Assembly (NCBI GenBank): GCA_041613315.1
Contig: JBFJHJ010000004.1
Coordinates: 32,001 to 96,000 of the forward strand
Length of the DNA: 64,000 nucleotides
From: Gemmatimonadales bacterium
Lineage (GTDB): Bacteria; Gemmatimonadota; Gemmatimonadetes; Gemmatimonadales; GWC2-71-9
Direction of reading: 5' to 3'
In this document: positions 34,700 to 44,722 of the stretch, in pieces
Layout: each line of letters begins with the position of its first letter
Position numbering within the stretch: the stretch's first letter is position 1
Translations under genes and position numbers: made by a program
Notes under the pieces: generated by a model
What the model saw: the letters and a program-made list of their open reading frames with translations, nothing else
Database searches by the model: none
Told to the model about the DNA's origin: nothing

Positions 34700-35827
34700 T
34701 CACTCCTTTCGGCCTGCGTGCAACCGGACGGTGTCCGCCAGGTGCGCCTCCGTGGCGGCGGCCGCCGCGTCCCAGGAGAATTGCTCGGCGAACCGCCGCG
34801 CCGCCCGCCCGTAGGTCTGGACGGCGGCGGGGCCCTCGGCGAACCGCTGCATCGCCGCGGCCAGGGGCTCCGGATCGCCGAACGGCACGAGCACGCCGGT
34901 CTCGCCGTGCCGCACCGACTCCCGCAGCCCCGGGCTGTCCGCGGCGATCGCGGGCGTGCCGCAGGCCGCCGCCTCCACGTTGGTCATCCCCCATCCCTCC
35001 TTGGCCGATGGGAAGACGACGGCCCACGCGCGGCGGAACAGCTCCCGTTTGTCGGTTTCGTTCACGTAGCCCAGAAAACGCGTCGCTCCACCGACGCCGA
35101 GGCGCGCGGCGAGCTGCTCCAGTCGCGGCCGCTCGTCGCCGTCTCCTGCGATGTCGAGCCGGACCTCGTGCCCGCGCGCGCGGGCGAGCGCGAGGGCGCG
35201 GAGCGCGGTGTCCACCCCTTTATAACGCTTGAGCCGGCCGACGTACAGGAACGTCGGTGCGTCGGCGCGTCGCACCGCGTCGTCCGGCGTGTACCACGCC
35301 GCATCGACACCGGGAAAGATGACACGAACCGCCTCCGGCGCGACGCCGCGGCGCACCAGGTCGTCGCGCGTGCTCGTGCTGATCGCGTGAAACGCGGCCC
35401 GCCGGTAGACGCGGGGGAGCGGCCGCTCCGCCAGCCAGACGACCGCGGCGACGGGCCACGACGCCTCCCGAAAGGCCGTGGCGCCGAAGAGATGCGGCAC
35501 GACGACGTACATCGGCAGGTCGGTCACGGTCGGGAGGAAGAGCGGCAGCTTATTGACGTCCTCCACGACGACCTCGTAGCGCCCCTCCGCCAGCGCGCGG
35601 CGCACGGCGCCGCGGCCCTTGAGCGCGAAGCTGTGGCGTCCGCCCACCCGCCGCACCGTGATCCCCTGTACCACACCATCAGGCGGTCCGCCGCGCCATC
35701 CCGAGCAGACCAGAGTGATCTCATGCCCGCGGGCCGCCAGCCGGCCGAAGAGCTCGAAGAAGTGGATCTCCGCACCGCCCGCCTGCGGATGCTCGCGGTC
35801 CATCCAGTTCACGGCGAGCACCTTCAC
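34700..35827 (-). CDS. Glycosyltransferase family 4
   Basis: NWMDREHPQAGGAE, YVGRLKRYKG and EGWGMTNVEAAACGTP motifs. Confidence 0.9.
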   Translation of the reverse strand: MKVLAVNWMDREHPQAGGAEIHFFELFGRLAARGHEITLVCSGWRGGPPDGVVQGITVRRVGGRHSFALKGRGAVRRALAEGRYEVVVEDVNKLPLFLPTVTDLPMYVVVPHLFGATAFREASWPVAAVVWLAERPLPRVYRRAAFHAISTSTRDDLVRRGVAPEAVRVIFPGVDAAWYTPDDAVRRADAPTFLYVGRLKRYKGVDTALRALALARARGHEVRLDIAGDGDERPRLEQLAARLGVGGATRFLGYVNETDKRELFRRAWAVVFPSAKEGWGMTNVEAAACGTPAIAADSPGLRESVRHGETGVLVPFGDPEPLAAAMQRFAEGPAAVQTYGRAARRFAEQFSWDAAAAATEAHLADTVRLHAGRKE

Positions 35828-36237
35828 AGTCGGCCCGCCCGCCGCGCGAGGGCGTCGAGCACGCCGTTCACGAACGCGGGCGCCTTGGGCCCCGCGAACC
35901 GGTGCGCGAGCCCGACCGCCTCGCTGATCGCCACCTTCACGGGGACGGCCGTGCCGAGCACCTCGTGGAGACCGAGCCGGAGGATGTTCCGCTCGATCAC
36001 GCCGATGCGCTCGAAGCGCCAGTGATGGGCGGCCGCGGTGATCTGGGCGTCGAGCGTGGCGACGTCGGCCGCCACCGACGCCGCGAGCGGCTCCGCGCCC
36101 TCGAGGGCGGCGCGACAGCCCGGGTGCCGGGCGACCAGCGCCGACGTCACGGCCGCCACCGACGGCCGGCCCTGCAGCTCCCACGCATACAGGAGTTGCA
36201 GGGCGCGTGCCCGGGCCTTGGTCTCAGTCCTGAGCAC
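35824..36237 (-). CDS. nusB: Transcription antitermination factor NusB
   Basis: ARARALQLLYA, IERNILRLG, VAISEAV and FVNGVLD motifs; follows ribH. Confidence 0.92.
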   Translation of the reverse strand: MLRTETKARARALQLLYAWELQGRPSVAAVTSALVARHPGCRAALEGAEPLAASVAADVATLDAQITAAAHHWRFERIGVIERNILRLGLHEVLGTAVPVKVAISEAVGLAHRFAGPKAPAFVNGVLDALARRAGRL

Positions 36238-36706
36238 GCCCGTCGAAGCGGGCGAGGACCTCGACGGTCGCCAGCGCCGCCTCGGCCGCCTCCGTGCCCT
36301 TGTTCCCCGCGTCGCCGCCGGCGCGCGCGAGGGCCTGTTCCAGCGTGTCACACGTGAGGAGCCCGAACCCGACGGGCACGCCGAACCGTTGGGCGGCGTC
36401 GCTCAGGCTGTTCGTCGCGGCACCGGCGACGTACTCGAAGTGCGGGGTCTCGCCACGGATCACGGCCCCCAGGGCCACGGCCAGGGCGTAGCGGCCGGTG
36501 CCGAGTCCGCGATGGACGGCCACGCCGAGCTCGAACGCCCCCGGCACCCAGAGCACGTCCACGGCTTGGGCGTCGTATCCGCCGCGGGCGAGCGCCGTCG
36601 TGGCCCCCTCGAGCAGGCGCCGGGTCACGCCCTCGTTGAACCGGCTGACGACGACGAGCGCGCGCCCGCCGGGACGCACGGATGAGGAGCCACTGCCGGC
36701 CGCCAT
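36224..36706 (-). CDS. ribH: 6,7-dimethyl-8-ribityllumazine synthase
   Basis: SRFNE, VPGAFEL, VIRGETPHFEYV and GNKG motifs. Confidence 0.95.
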   Translation of the reverse strand: MAAGSGSSSVRPGGRALVVVSRFNEGVTRRLLEGATTALARGGYDAQAVDVLWVPGAFELGVAVHRGLGTGRYALAVALGAVIRGETPHFEYVAGAATNSLSDAAQRFGVPVGFGLLTCDTLEQALARAGGDAGNKGTEAAEAALATVEVLARFDGRAQD

Positions 36707-36707
36707 G

Positions 36708-37913
36708 TCAGTGGTCGAGGAGGTGCCCGAGCTTGTCGCGCTTGACGTCGAGGTAGGCCCGATTGTCGCGGGTGGGGTCGGGCACGATGGGCACCCGATC
36801 CACGATCTCGAGGCCATACCCGTCGAGCCCGACCAGCTTGCGCGGGTTGTTGGTCAGGACTCGGATGGACGTCAGCCCCTGGTCCATGAGGATCTGGGCG
36901 CCGATGCCGTAGTTTCGCAGATCCGGCGCGAACCCGAGACGGGCGTTCGCCTCCACGGTGTCGTGCCCCGCGTCCTGCAGCTCGTAGGCTTTGAGCTTGT
37001 TGAGCAGCCCGATGCCGCGGCCTTCTTGATCCAGATAGACCACGACCCCGGCGCCGGCGTCGGCGATCGCCTTCATCGCGCTCTGGAGCTGCCAGCCGCA
37101 GTCACAGCGATGCGAGCCGAACACGTCGCCGGTCAGGCACTTGGAGTGCATCCGGACCAGCACCCCTTTGCGGCCCCGCACCTCGCCGAACACGAGCGCC
37201 ACGTGCTCCGCATCGTCCACATCGTTGCGGTAGCCGATCACGCGAAACTCGCCGAACGGCGTGGGGAGCCGCGCTTCGGCCACGCGGTGCACGAGGCGCT
37301 CGTTCTGGAGCCGGTAGGCGACGAGCTGCGCCACCGTCACGAAGGCGAGTCGGTGTCGCTCGGCGAACGCCACGAGCGCGTCGCGCCGCATCATGGTGCC
37401 GTCCTCCGCCAAGATCTCGCAGATCACGCCGGCCGGGTACAGGCCGGCGAGCCGCGCGAGGTCCATGCTGGCCTCGGTCTGGCCGACGCGCTGGAGCACG
37501 CCGCCCGGGCGGGCGCGGAGCGGGAAGATGTGTCCCGGCCGCTTGAGATCGCTGGGCACGGTCGCCGGGTCGATTGCCACCTGGATGGTCTTCGCGCGGT
37601 CGGCCGCCGAGATCCCCGTGGTAACGCCGAACCGCTTCGCGGCATCGATGCTCACCGTGAAGGCGGTCTCGTTCGACTCCGTATTTTCCTCGGCCATCTG
37701 CGGCAGGCCCAGGGCCCGGCACCGCTCCGGCATGAGCGTCAGGCAGATGAGCCCCCGCCCGTGCGTGGCCATGAAATTGATCATCGCGGGGGTCACCCGT
37801 TCCGCCGCGCCGATCAAATCGCCTTCGTTCTCCCGGTCCTCGTCGTCGGCGACGATCACGAGCTCGCCGGCCCGGATGTCCTGGATCGCCCGTTCGATGG
37901 TGTCGAATCGCAT
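36708..37913 (-). CDS. ribBA: Bifunctional DHBP synthase / GTP cyclohydrolase II
   Basis: DDEDRENEGD, TTGISAADR, RMHSKCLTGD…RCDC and QEGRGIGL motifs. Confidence 0.97.
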   Translation of the reverse strand: MRFDTIERAIQDIRAGELVIVADDEDRENEGDLIGAAERVTPAMINFMATHGRGLICLTLMPERCRALGLPQMAEENTESNETAFTVSIDAAKRFGVTTGISAADRAKTIQVAIDPATVPSDLKRPGHIFPLRARPGGVLQRVGQTEASMDLARLAGLYPAGVICEILAEDGTMMRRDALVAFAERHRLAFVTVAQLVAYRLQNERLVHRVAEARLPTPFGEFRVIGYRNDVDDAEHVALVFGEVRGRKGVLVRMHSKCLTGDVFGSHRCDCGWQLQSAMKAIADAGAGVVVYLDQEGRGIGLLNKLKAYELQDAGHDTVEANARLGFAPDLRNYGIGAQILMDQGLTSIRVLTNNPRKLVGLDGYGLEIVDRVPIVPDPTRDNRAYLDVKRDKLGHLLDH

Positions 37914-37923
37914 TGCGTCCGTT

Positions 37924-38511
37924 TTACCGCCCTTCCATCATCTGCCTCACATACTTCCCGATCACGTCCGCTTCCACGTGGACGCGCGCGCCGGGAGTGA
38001 GGCGTCCCAGCGTCGTGTGATCCCGGGTATAGGGGATGAGCGACACCTCTACAATGCCGGGGGCGGGCAGCGCGTTCACCGTGAGGCTCACCCCGTCCAC
38101 GGTGATCGAGCCATGGAGCACCGCGATCTGCGCCGCCTCGGGCGGCACGGCGATCACCACCAGCAGCGCGTCCTCGTCCTGGCGGACCGCCCGTACCTCG
38201 CCCACGCCGTCCACGTGTCCCTGTACGAGGTGGCCTCCGAAGCGGTCGCCGACGGCCATCGCCCGCTCCAGGTTCACCCGCTGGCCCGGCGTCGCTTCGT
38301 CGAACAACGTGCGGCCGCGCGTGGTAACCACCGCCTCCACGGTGAACCTGCCGTTCCGAACGGCGGTCACCGTCAGGCACGCGCCGTTCACGGCGACGCT
38401 CTCGCCGACGGCGAGATCGTCGTACGGCGCCTCGATCGTCAGAGCGAGCGCCCGGTCGGTGCGCTCGACCGAGCGCACCGTGCCGCACGCGGTCACAATC
38501 CCCGTAAACAT
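37924..38511 (-). CDS. ribE: Riboflavin synthase
   Basis: MFTGIV N-terminus; NGACLT, GGHLVQGHVD and DGVSLTVN motifs. Confidence 0.95.
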   Translation of the reverse strand: MFTGIVTACGTVRSVERTDRALALTIEAPYDDLAVGESVAVNGACLTVTAVRNGRFTVEAVVTTRGRTLFDEATPGQRVNLERAMAVGDRFGGHLVQGHVDGVGEVRAVRQDEDALLVVIAVPPEAAQIAVLHGSITVDGVSLTVNALPAPGIVEVSLIPYTRDHTTLGRLTPGARVHVEADVIGKYVRQMMEGR

Positions 38512-39578
38512 AGCTCTCGGTCTACTACGAGTAATGTATCCTGGCCGAGTGCGCGGCGCTCCGTGACGACCCAGCGGGGGGCGGCGCCCAGGGGCCAGGC
38601 CTTCTGAGCCGGAAAGGCCGGCGTCCCCTGGCCGAGCCAGATCGGCGCTTGGAGCCAGTAGACGCGGTCCACGAGCCCGGCAGCGAGGAGGGCGCCGGCG
38701 ATCGTCCCGCCGCCTTCCACGAGGATCGAGCCGACGCCCGCGTCGCGGAGCGCCCGGAGGCCCTGGGCGAGCCCCTCCGCGGCCACGACCTTGACCCCGG
38801 TCTTGGCCAGGGCCGCCTCCGCCCCGTCCCGGGCCGCGGGCTCCGTGAGCAGGACGGTCGGGGTCTCCCGGGCCGTGCGGACGAGCCGGAGCCGCTCGGG
38901 CAGCCGTCCGCTCCGGGCGAACACGATGCGGGTCGGGGTGACGCGCGGTGTCACGCTTCCCCGCACGGTGAGGCGCGGGTCGTCTCGTTCCGCCGTCGCC
39001 CGGCCGATCCCGATCGCGTCGTAGCCGGCCCGAAGCCAGTGGACGAACTGACGGCCCTCCTCGCCGGAGATCCACTGGGAGCGCCCGCCCGAGTCGGCGA
39101 TGAAGCCGTCCAAGGACGTCGCGACCTTGAGCGCCACGAACGGCCGCTCCGCCCGGCATACGGACCAGAGAAACGCGGCATTGAGCGCGGCCGCGGCCTC
39201 GGCCAGGACGCCGCCTTCGACGTCGATCCCCGCCTCGCGCAGCCGCTGGGCACCCCCCCGGCCGACCGGATGGGGATCGGCGATCGCGTAGACCACGCGT
39301 CCGACGTGAGCGGCGATGAGCGCGTCCACGCAGGGCGGGGTCTTCCCGTGTTGCGCACAGGGCTCGAGGGTCACGACGCACGTCGCACCGCGTGGGTCTT
39401 GGCACGCCGCGAGCGCCGCCCGCTCGGCGTGGTCCCGCCCAAACTCCGCATGGTAGCCCTGCGCCACCACCTCACCACCCTTGAGCAGCACGGCGCCGAC
39501 CATCGGATTGGGGGCCACCTGGCCCCACCCCTTCCGGGCGAGCGTCAGGGCGCGGGCCATCGCTTCTTGTTCGGTCAT
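38493..39578 (-). CDS. ribD: Riboflavin biosynthesis deaminase/reductase
   Basis: PNPMVGAV, HAE, TLEPC…TPPC, ATSLDG and LVEGG motifs. Confidence 0.95.
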   Translation of the reverse strand: MTEQEAMARALTLARKGWGQVAPNPMVGAVLLKGGEVVAQGYHAEFGRDHAERAALAACQDPRGATCVVTLEPCAQHGKTPPCVDALIAAHVGRVVYAIADPHPVGRGGAQRLREAGIDVEGGVLAEAAAALNAAFLWSVCRAERPFVALKVATSLDGFIADSGGRSQWISGEEGRQFVHWLRAGYDAIGIGRATAERDDPRLTVRGSVTPRVTPTRIVFARSGRLPERLRLVRTARETPTVLLTEPAARDGAEAALAKTGVKVVAAEGLAQGLRALRDAGVGSILVEGGGTIAGALLAAGLVDRVYWLQAPIWLGQGTPAFPAQKAWPLGAAPRWVVTERRALGQDTLLVVDRELCLRGL

Positions 39579-39603
39579 GGGGAATTCGGCGTCCGGTTGA
39601 GCC

Positions 39604-40626
39604 TCACGCCATCCTCACCCCTTCACCCTCGACGATCTCCCCCACCACCCACGTCTCGACGCCGGCCTCACCGGCGGCCTCGCGCACCCGGTCCACCTCG
39701 TCTCGCGACACGACGGCGATCATCCCCACCCCCATGTTGAACACGCGGTACATCTCGCCATCGCTCACGCGGCCCGCGTCCTGAAGCAGGCGGAAGATCG
39801 GGGGCGGGGGCCACGCGGCGCGCTCGACGACGGCGCCCAGTCCGTGGGGAAGCGGCCGCGTGAGGTTGCCCGGGATCCCGCCGCCCGTGATGTGGGCGAG
39901 CGCGCGGATGCTCTGAAGCGCGGGCGCCACCGCCCGGCGGTAGCTCCGGTGCACGGCCAGCAGCGCGTCCGCCACGGTCGCACCCACGTCGGCCAGGGCG
40001 TCGTCGGGCCCCAACTTCAGCGTGTCGAACACGATGCGGCGGGCGAGGGTGTAGCCGTTCGTGTGCAGCCCGGCCGAGGCGTAGCCGACGAGCGCGTCGC
40101 CGGCGTTGACGCGGTCGCCGTGGAGCGCTTCGCGCTCGTCCACCACGCCCACGATCGTCCCGGCCAGGTCGTAGTGGCCCGGCTGGTACAGGTCGGGGAG
40201 CTGCGCCGTCTCGCCGCCGGCCAACGTCATGTCATGCGCGCGGCAGCCACGCGCCACGCCTTCCACGAGCGCGGCGACCGTCTCCTGGGCGAGCGACGCG
40301 CCGGCGATGTAGTCCTGGAAGGCAAGCGGCGCCGCGCCATGGACGAGAATGTCGTTCACCGAGTGGTTGACGAGATCTTCACCGACCGTCTCGTGGCGGC
40401 CCGCCCGGATCGCGACGAGCACCTTCGTCCCGACGCCGTCGGTGCTCATGACGAGCGTGGGGCGCTCGATGCCCTCGGGGACGCGGACCATCCCTCCGAA
40501 AGCGCCGACGTCGCCCCGGGCGAGCGTCGTGCGGGTCGAGGCGACCAGCTCGGCAATCCGACGCTTGGCCTCCTCGGCGGCGTCGAGGTCCACGCCGGCG
40601 GCGCGGTAGCGCTCCGCGGGCATCAC
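39604..40626 (-). CDS. purM: Phosphoribosylformylglycinamidine cyclo-ligase (AIR synthetase)
   Basis: YRAAGVD, TDGVGTK, GGETA, GLHTNGY, HITGGG and FNMGVGM motifs. Confidence 0.95.
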   Translation of the reverse strand: MMPAERYRAAGVDLDAAEEAKRRIAELVASTRTTLARGDVGAFGGMVRVPEGIERPTLVMSTDGVGTKVLVAIRAGRHETVGEDLVNHSVNDILVHGAAPLAFQDYIAGASLAQETVAALVEGVARGCRAHDMTLAGGETAQLPDLYQPGHYDLAGTIVGVVDEREALHGDRVNAGDALVGYASAGLHTNGYTLARRIVFDTLKLGPDDALADVGATVADALLAVHRSYRRAVAPALQSIRALAHITGGGIPGNLTRPLPHGLGAVVERAAWPPPPIFRLLQDAGRVSDGEMYRVFNMGVGMIAVVSRDEVDRVREAAGEAGVETWVVGEIVEGEGVRMA

Positions 40627-41567
40627 CCTGCCGCTCCCCCGCCCCGCCCTTTCGTCTCCGCCTCCACGTCGAACCGCACCAACTCCGCGAATGCCCGCAC
40701 GCGGGCGGTGACCTCGGCGGGACCCACCTCGTCGAACCGCTGGGTGGAGAACCGTTCGACCGCGTACGAGCCCATCGCACCGCCGTAGACCATGGCGCGG
40801 CGCACGTTGTCGGCCGACGTGTCACCGGTCCGGGCCAGGTGGCCCATGAACCCGCCGGCGAAGGCGTCGCCCGCGCCGGTGGGATCGAACACGTCCTCCA
40901 GCGGGTAGGCGGGCACGTAGAAGATCCGATCCTTCTCGACCAGCACCGCGCCGTAGACGCCCTGTTTGATCACGACCATCTTGGGGCCGCGCTCGAGGAT
41001 CCAGCGCGCGGCGCGGAAGATGTTCCAGTCGCCCGACAGCTCGCGGGCCTCCGCGTCATTCACCATCAGCACGTGGATATGCCGCAGCAGCTCGAGCAGC
41101 ACGTCGCGCTTGCCGTGGATCCAGTAGTTCATCGTGTCGCAGGCGACGAGCGTGGGCTTCGCGATCTGGTCGAGCACGCCGAGCTGCAGCTCGGGATCGA
41201 TGTTGCCGAGGAACACGAAGCGGGCGTCGCGGAACGCCGTGGGGATCCTCGGCTGAAAGTGGGCGAACACGCCGAGGCGGGTCTCCAACGTCTCACGGTT
41301 TTGGAGGTCGTAGGAGTATTTCCCTTTCCAGCGGAAACTCTCGCCTTTCGCGCGCTCCACGCCGGCCAGGTCGGCGCCGCGCGCGGCCAGGCGGTCCAGC
41401 TCTTCCTGGGGGAAGTCGTCGCCCACCACGCCCACCACCTGCACGGGGTGGAGGATGCTCGCGGCGTAGCTGAAGAACACCGCCGAGCCGCCCAGCGCGT
41501 CGGCGTTGGAGCCGAACGGCGTCTGGACGGAATCGAGGGCGATGGAGCCGACGACGAGTAGGGTCAT
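40623..41567 (-). CDS. PfkB family carbohydrate/nucleoside kinase
   Basis: VVGSIALD, LGGSA and DPTGAGDAFAGG motifs. Confidence 0.92.
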   Translation of the reverse strand: MTLLVVGSIALDSVQTPFGSNADALGGSAVFFSYAASILHPVQVVGVVGDDFPQEELDRLAARGADLAGVERAKGESFRWKGKYSYDLQNRETLETRLGVFAHFQPRIPTAFRDARFVFLGNIDPELQLGVLDQIAKPTLVACDTMNYWIHGKRDVLLELLRHIHVLMVNDAEARELSGDWNIFRAARWILERGPKMVVIKQGVYGAVLVEKDRIFYVPAYPLEDVFDPTGAGDAFAGGFMGHLARTGDTSADNVRRAMVYGGAMGSYAVERFSTQRFDEVGPAEVTARVRAFAELVRFDVEAETKGRGGGAAG

Positions 41568-41591
41568 GAGATCAATCCGGCGATCGGGCCT

Positions 41592-43271
41592 TCACATCCG
41601 CTCTGGTGCCGTGACACCCAACAACCCGAGCCCATTCGCGAGCACCGCTTGCGCCGCCCGCGCGAGCGCCAAGCGCGCCTGCTCGATCGGCTTCGGCTCG
41701 CCCAGGACTCGATGGTGGTGATACCACGCGTTCACCAGCTTCGCCACCTCTTCGACGTGCGCCACGATCCGATGGGGCTCCAGGGCCTGGGCGGCGGCTT
41801 CGACGATCGCCGGGTATTGGGCGAGCTTCTTGATCAACTCCTGCTCGTGCTCCTCGGTCAGGAGGCTCAGATCCGCCCCCTGCGCCCCAATCTCTTCCGC
41901 TCTCACGCCCGCCGTCCGGAAGATCCCCATCATCCGCGTGTGCGCGTACTGCACGTAGTAGACGGGGTTGTCCTCCGACTGCCGCTTGGCGAGATCCACG
42001 TCGAAGACGAAGTGCTGCTCGCCGCGGCGCATCAGGAAGAAGTATCGGACGGCGTCGCGCCCCACCTCGTCCACCAGATCGCGCACGGTGAGATAGCTGC
42101 CGGCCCGCTTGGAGATCTTCATCTCCTCGCCGCCCCTGGTCACGGTCACCATCTGGTGCAGCACGTACTCCGGGTAGCCCTCCGGGATGTCCATCTCCAG
42201 CGCCTGGAGGCCGATGCGCACGCGCTTCACGGTGCCGTGGTGGTCGGCGCCCTGCACGTTGATCGCGCGGGCGAAGCCGCGCTCCCACTTGTTCACGTGA
42301 TACGCGACGTCCGGCACGAAGTAGGTGTACTCCGAGCCTTTGGCCGCGCTCTTCCGCATCACGCGGTCCTTGTCGTCGCCGAAGTCGGTGGTGCGGAGCC
42401 AGAGGGCGCCGTCCCGCTCGTAGGTGTGGCCGGCCTTGACCAGGCGGTTCACCGTCTCCTCGACCCCGCCGTCGGCATACAGGGACGACTCGAGGAAGTA
42501 GGCGTCGAACGTGACGCCCAGGGCCTGGAGGTCCCGGTCCTGCTCCTCGCGCAGCTCCTGGACGGCGAACCGCCGCACGGTCTCCAGATCCGCGCCGTCG
42601 GGGTCGTCGGGGTGTTGGGCGACGTAGCGCTCGGCGATATCGCGGACGTACTCGCCGTGGTAGCCGCCCGGGGGGATTTGGGCGTCCTGGCCCCGGAGCT
42701 GTTGGATCCGCGCCTGCACGCTCCGGGCGAGCTTCACGATCTGCGTGCCCGCATCGTTGTAGTAGAACTCGCGCGACACCTGCCAGCCGGTCGCCTCCAG
42801 GAGCGCGGCGATCGCGTCGCCGAGTGCCGCCTGGCGGCCGTGGCCGACGTGCAGGGGACCGGTCGGGTTGGCCGAGACGAATTCCACATTCACGCGCTGG
42901 CCGTTGGCCGCTGTCCGTCGTCCGTAATTCTGTGCCTCGGTGAGGATCGTGCGGAGGACGTCGGCCAGGGCGGTCTCGGCGAGCCAGAAGTTGATGAAGC
43001 CGGGGCCGGCGATCTCGGTCTTGGCGACGAGGCTCGTGGGGGCGTCCAAGCGGGCCACGATCGCTTCCGCCACTTCGCGGGGCCGTTTCTTCAGGGGCTT
43101 CGCGAGTTGGAGCGCCACGTTGGTGGCGAGGTCGCCGTGGGTCGGGTCGCGGGGGCGCTCGAAAGAAACCGGCGGTAAGGAGGGTACGGACTTGAGCTTT
43201 GCGTCCGTCACCACTCTGTGGACCGCCCGTTCGAGGGCCGCCCGGAGCCGGTCGGCTCCGACGGTGGTCAG
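41592..43271 (-). CDS. argS: Arginine-tRNA ligase
   Basis: VEFVSANPTGPLHVGHGR, KISKRAG, YYVQYAHTR and LLGVTAPERM motifs. ORF track starts at GTG 43214; the frame extends to a CTG at 43271. Confidence 0.96.
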   Translation of the reverse strand: MTTVGADRLRAALERAVHRVVTDAKLKSVPSLPPVSFERPRDPTHGDLATNVALQLAKPLKKRPREVAEAIVARLDAPTSLVAKTEIAGPGFINFWLAETALADVLRTILTEAQNYGRRTAANGQRVNVEFVSANPTGPLHVGHGRQAALGDAIAALLEATGWQVSREFYYNDAGTQIVKLARSVQARIQQLRGQDAQIPPGGYHGEYVRDIAERYVAQHPDDPDGADLETVRRFAVQELREEQDRDLQALGVTFDAYFLESSLYADGGVEETVNRLVKAGHTYERDGALWLRTTDFGDDKDRVMRKSAAKGSEYTYFVPDVAYHVNKWERGFARAINVQGADHHGTVKRVRIGLQALEMDIPEGYPEYVLHQMVTVTRGGEEMKISKRAGSYLTVRDLVDEVGRDAVRYFFLMRRGEQHFVFDVDLAKRQSEDNPVYYVQYAHTRMMGIFRTAGVRAEEIGAQGADLSLLTEEHEQELIKKLAQYPAIVEAAAQALEPHRIVAHVEEVAKLVNAWYHHHRVLGEPKPIEQARLALARAAQAVLANGLGLLGVTAPERM

Positions 43272-43576
43272 GATTGCGCTCCGGACGACTTGGGTTTGGT
43301 GGGGGAGGCCGCGTCCTTGCCGGCCTTCCCGGGTTTCTTGGCTTTCTTCTCGCCGGGCTTCTTGTCGCCCTTTTCGTCCGGCTTTTTCTCGCCCGCCCGT
43401 TTGTAGTCAGTGATGTAGAAGCCCGAGCCCTTGAAGACGAGGCCGGCCCCGCCCGTGATCATCCGTTCGCCGCGGGTGCCGCATTCCGGGCACTTGGCGC
43501 GGGTCTTGTCGGTGATCTTCTGGAGCTTGTCGTACTCGTGCCCGCAGGCGGGGCAGCGGTAAGCGTAGGTTGGCAT
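43268..43576 (-). CDS. FmdB-family zinc-ribbon protein with Lys-rich tail
   Basis: MPTYAYRCPACGH…CPECG…FKGSGFYITDY motif. Confidence 0.9.
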   Translation of the reverse strand: MPTYAYRCPACGHEYDKLQKITDKTRAKCPECGTRGERMITGGAGLVFKGSGFYITDYKRAGEKKPDEKGDKKPGEKKAKKPGKAGKDAASPTKPKSSGAQS

Positions 43577-43608
43577 CTTTCCCGTTTCGTAAGCCTAACG
43601 GAATCGGC

Positions 43609-43638
43609 AAGTTAGCGATGGTTCGCGGGGTGGGTCAA
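43609..43638 (-). promoter_or_regulatory. Putative sigma70 promoter of the fmdB-argS-… operon
   Basis: TTGACC-N18-TAACTT on the minus strand. Confidence 0.5.
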
Positions 43639-43848
43639 GCGGGCGGGGGGGCTACCTCGTGTCGTGATGGCTCCCCTTTGTCGCGTCCTCGGCGATGCAG
43701 CCCAGGGCATGACTCGGCGTTGACATTATCGGCCACGGGTCGCCAGACGGTCGACCATGGGAGTACGTCAACCCTGGATGCGGCGCCGCCGGTCGGGGTC
43801 CCCAGTGAGCACGACGGTGTGGGGAACGTGGCATGTTGCCGACCCTAG

Positions 43849-44532
43849 CTAGGGCTTTTTCTTCCAGGTTGGGTGCTTGTCCGCGACTCCGAATTTGTTG
43901 ATTCGACCTTCCGTTACCAACACCCAGACCTCGGGATCGAACATGGAAATCGGCGACTTCTTATAAGGACGGAGTTTCTGGAAGTCCTGCAACAGGGGTT
44001 TCACCTCCGTTGCCTGGATGGTCGCCGTCGTCATCTCCCAGTTTCGCATCTTGGTATAAATGGACTTCAGAATGAGAGAGCGACTTCGCACCTTGTTAGG
44101 TATGCCAATGCCTTCGAAAGCATCCAAGCCATCGCTACCCGGGTCATCGCCGGGAGCTCGATTCGCGTTCCTGGGGCCTTCCACGAGATTCCATTCGGCC
44201 CAAGCCAACTTGTTCCACATGTTATCGTTGTCGGGAGCGCCGAGAGCTCCATTCTTCATGCCGGTCACGACGGCGGGCACGTTGCCAAGGCCCCACAGAT
44301 CAGCCCACTCCGACAGCACGTCCCACTGCCCACTCGTCGCCAGCGCGCTCCATCCGTTCCGCAAGACCTTCCAGGGAATAATGTGATGCCAGTCCATGGG
44401 AATCTCGTAATTCATGGTCACTGGCCTGTCGACCTTCCAGATCTTGCTGTTGTCGCGGGAATTGGTGTGCGTGGTACCCCAGGGGAAGTCGGGACGTTGC
44501 GTGGCGGTAATCCGGCCGTTGGCGAGAATCAT
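43849..44532 (-). CDS. Orphan hypothetical protein, possible HNH-like (His-Me) nuclease; AT-richer than flanks
   Basis: GGAGGAG SD before ATG 44532; WHHIIPW…WNLVEGP…R…DDPG motifs; codon usage visibly different from neighbours. Confidence 0.65.
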   Translation of the reverse strand: MILANGRITATQRPDFPWGTTHTNSRDNSKIWKVDRPVTMNYEIPMDWHHIIPWKVLRNGWSALATSGQWDVLSEWADLWGLGNVPAVVTGMKNGALGAPDNDNMWNKLAWAEWNLVEGPRNANRAPGDDPGSDGLDAFEGIGIPNKVRSRSLILKSIYTKMRNWEMTTATIQATEVKPLLQDFQKLRPYKKSPISMFDPEVWVLVTEGRINKFGVADKHPTWKKKP

Positions 44533-44722
44533 CGTTCGGCTCCTCCCGGGTCGCCTATGATCGAGCACCTCATTCGTCGATCCCGCCAAGCTAGAGGCGG
44601 GTGAGGTGACCGTCTAGGGTCCGCGATCCGAACATGTGAGGCGTGCACGGTGGGCTTGAGTCGCGAGGTCACGCGAGCGCTGTTCCCCGGCTCGGCCCGT
44701 CGCCTACCTCGATACGGCGGCG

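Noticed and set aside
39578..39604. FMN riboswitch ahead of the rib genes
   Set aside because: Only about 25 bp separate purM and ribD, leaving no room, and no RFN motif is present.
43652..43834. 60-aa minus-strand ORF as an immunity gene for the HNH-like orphan
   Set aside because: No SD, and its Pro/His/Arg-rich composition is typical of non-coding frames.
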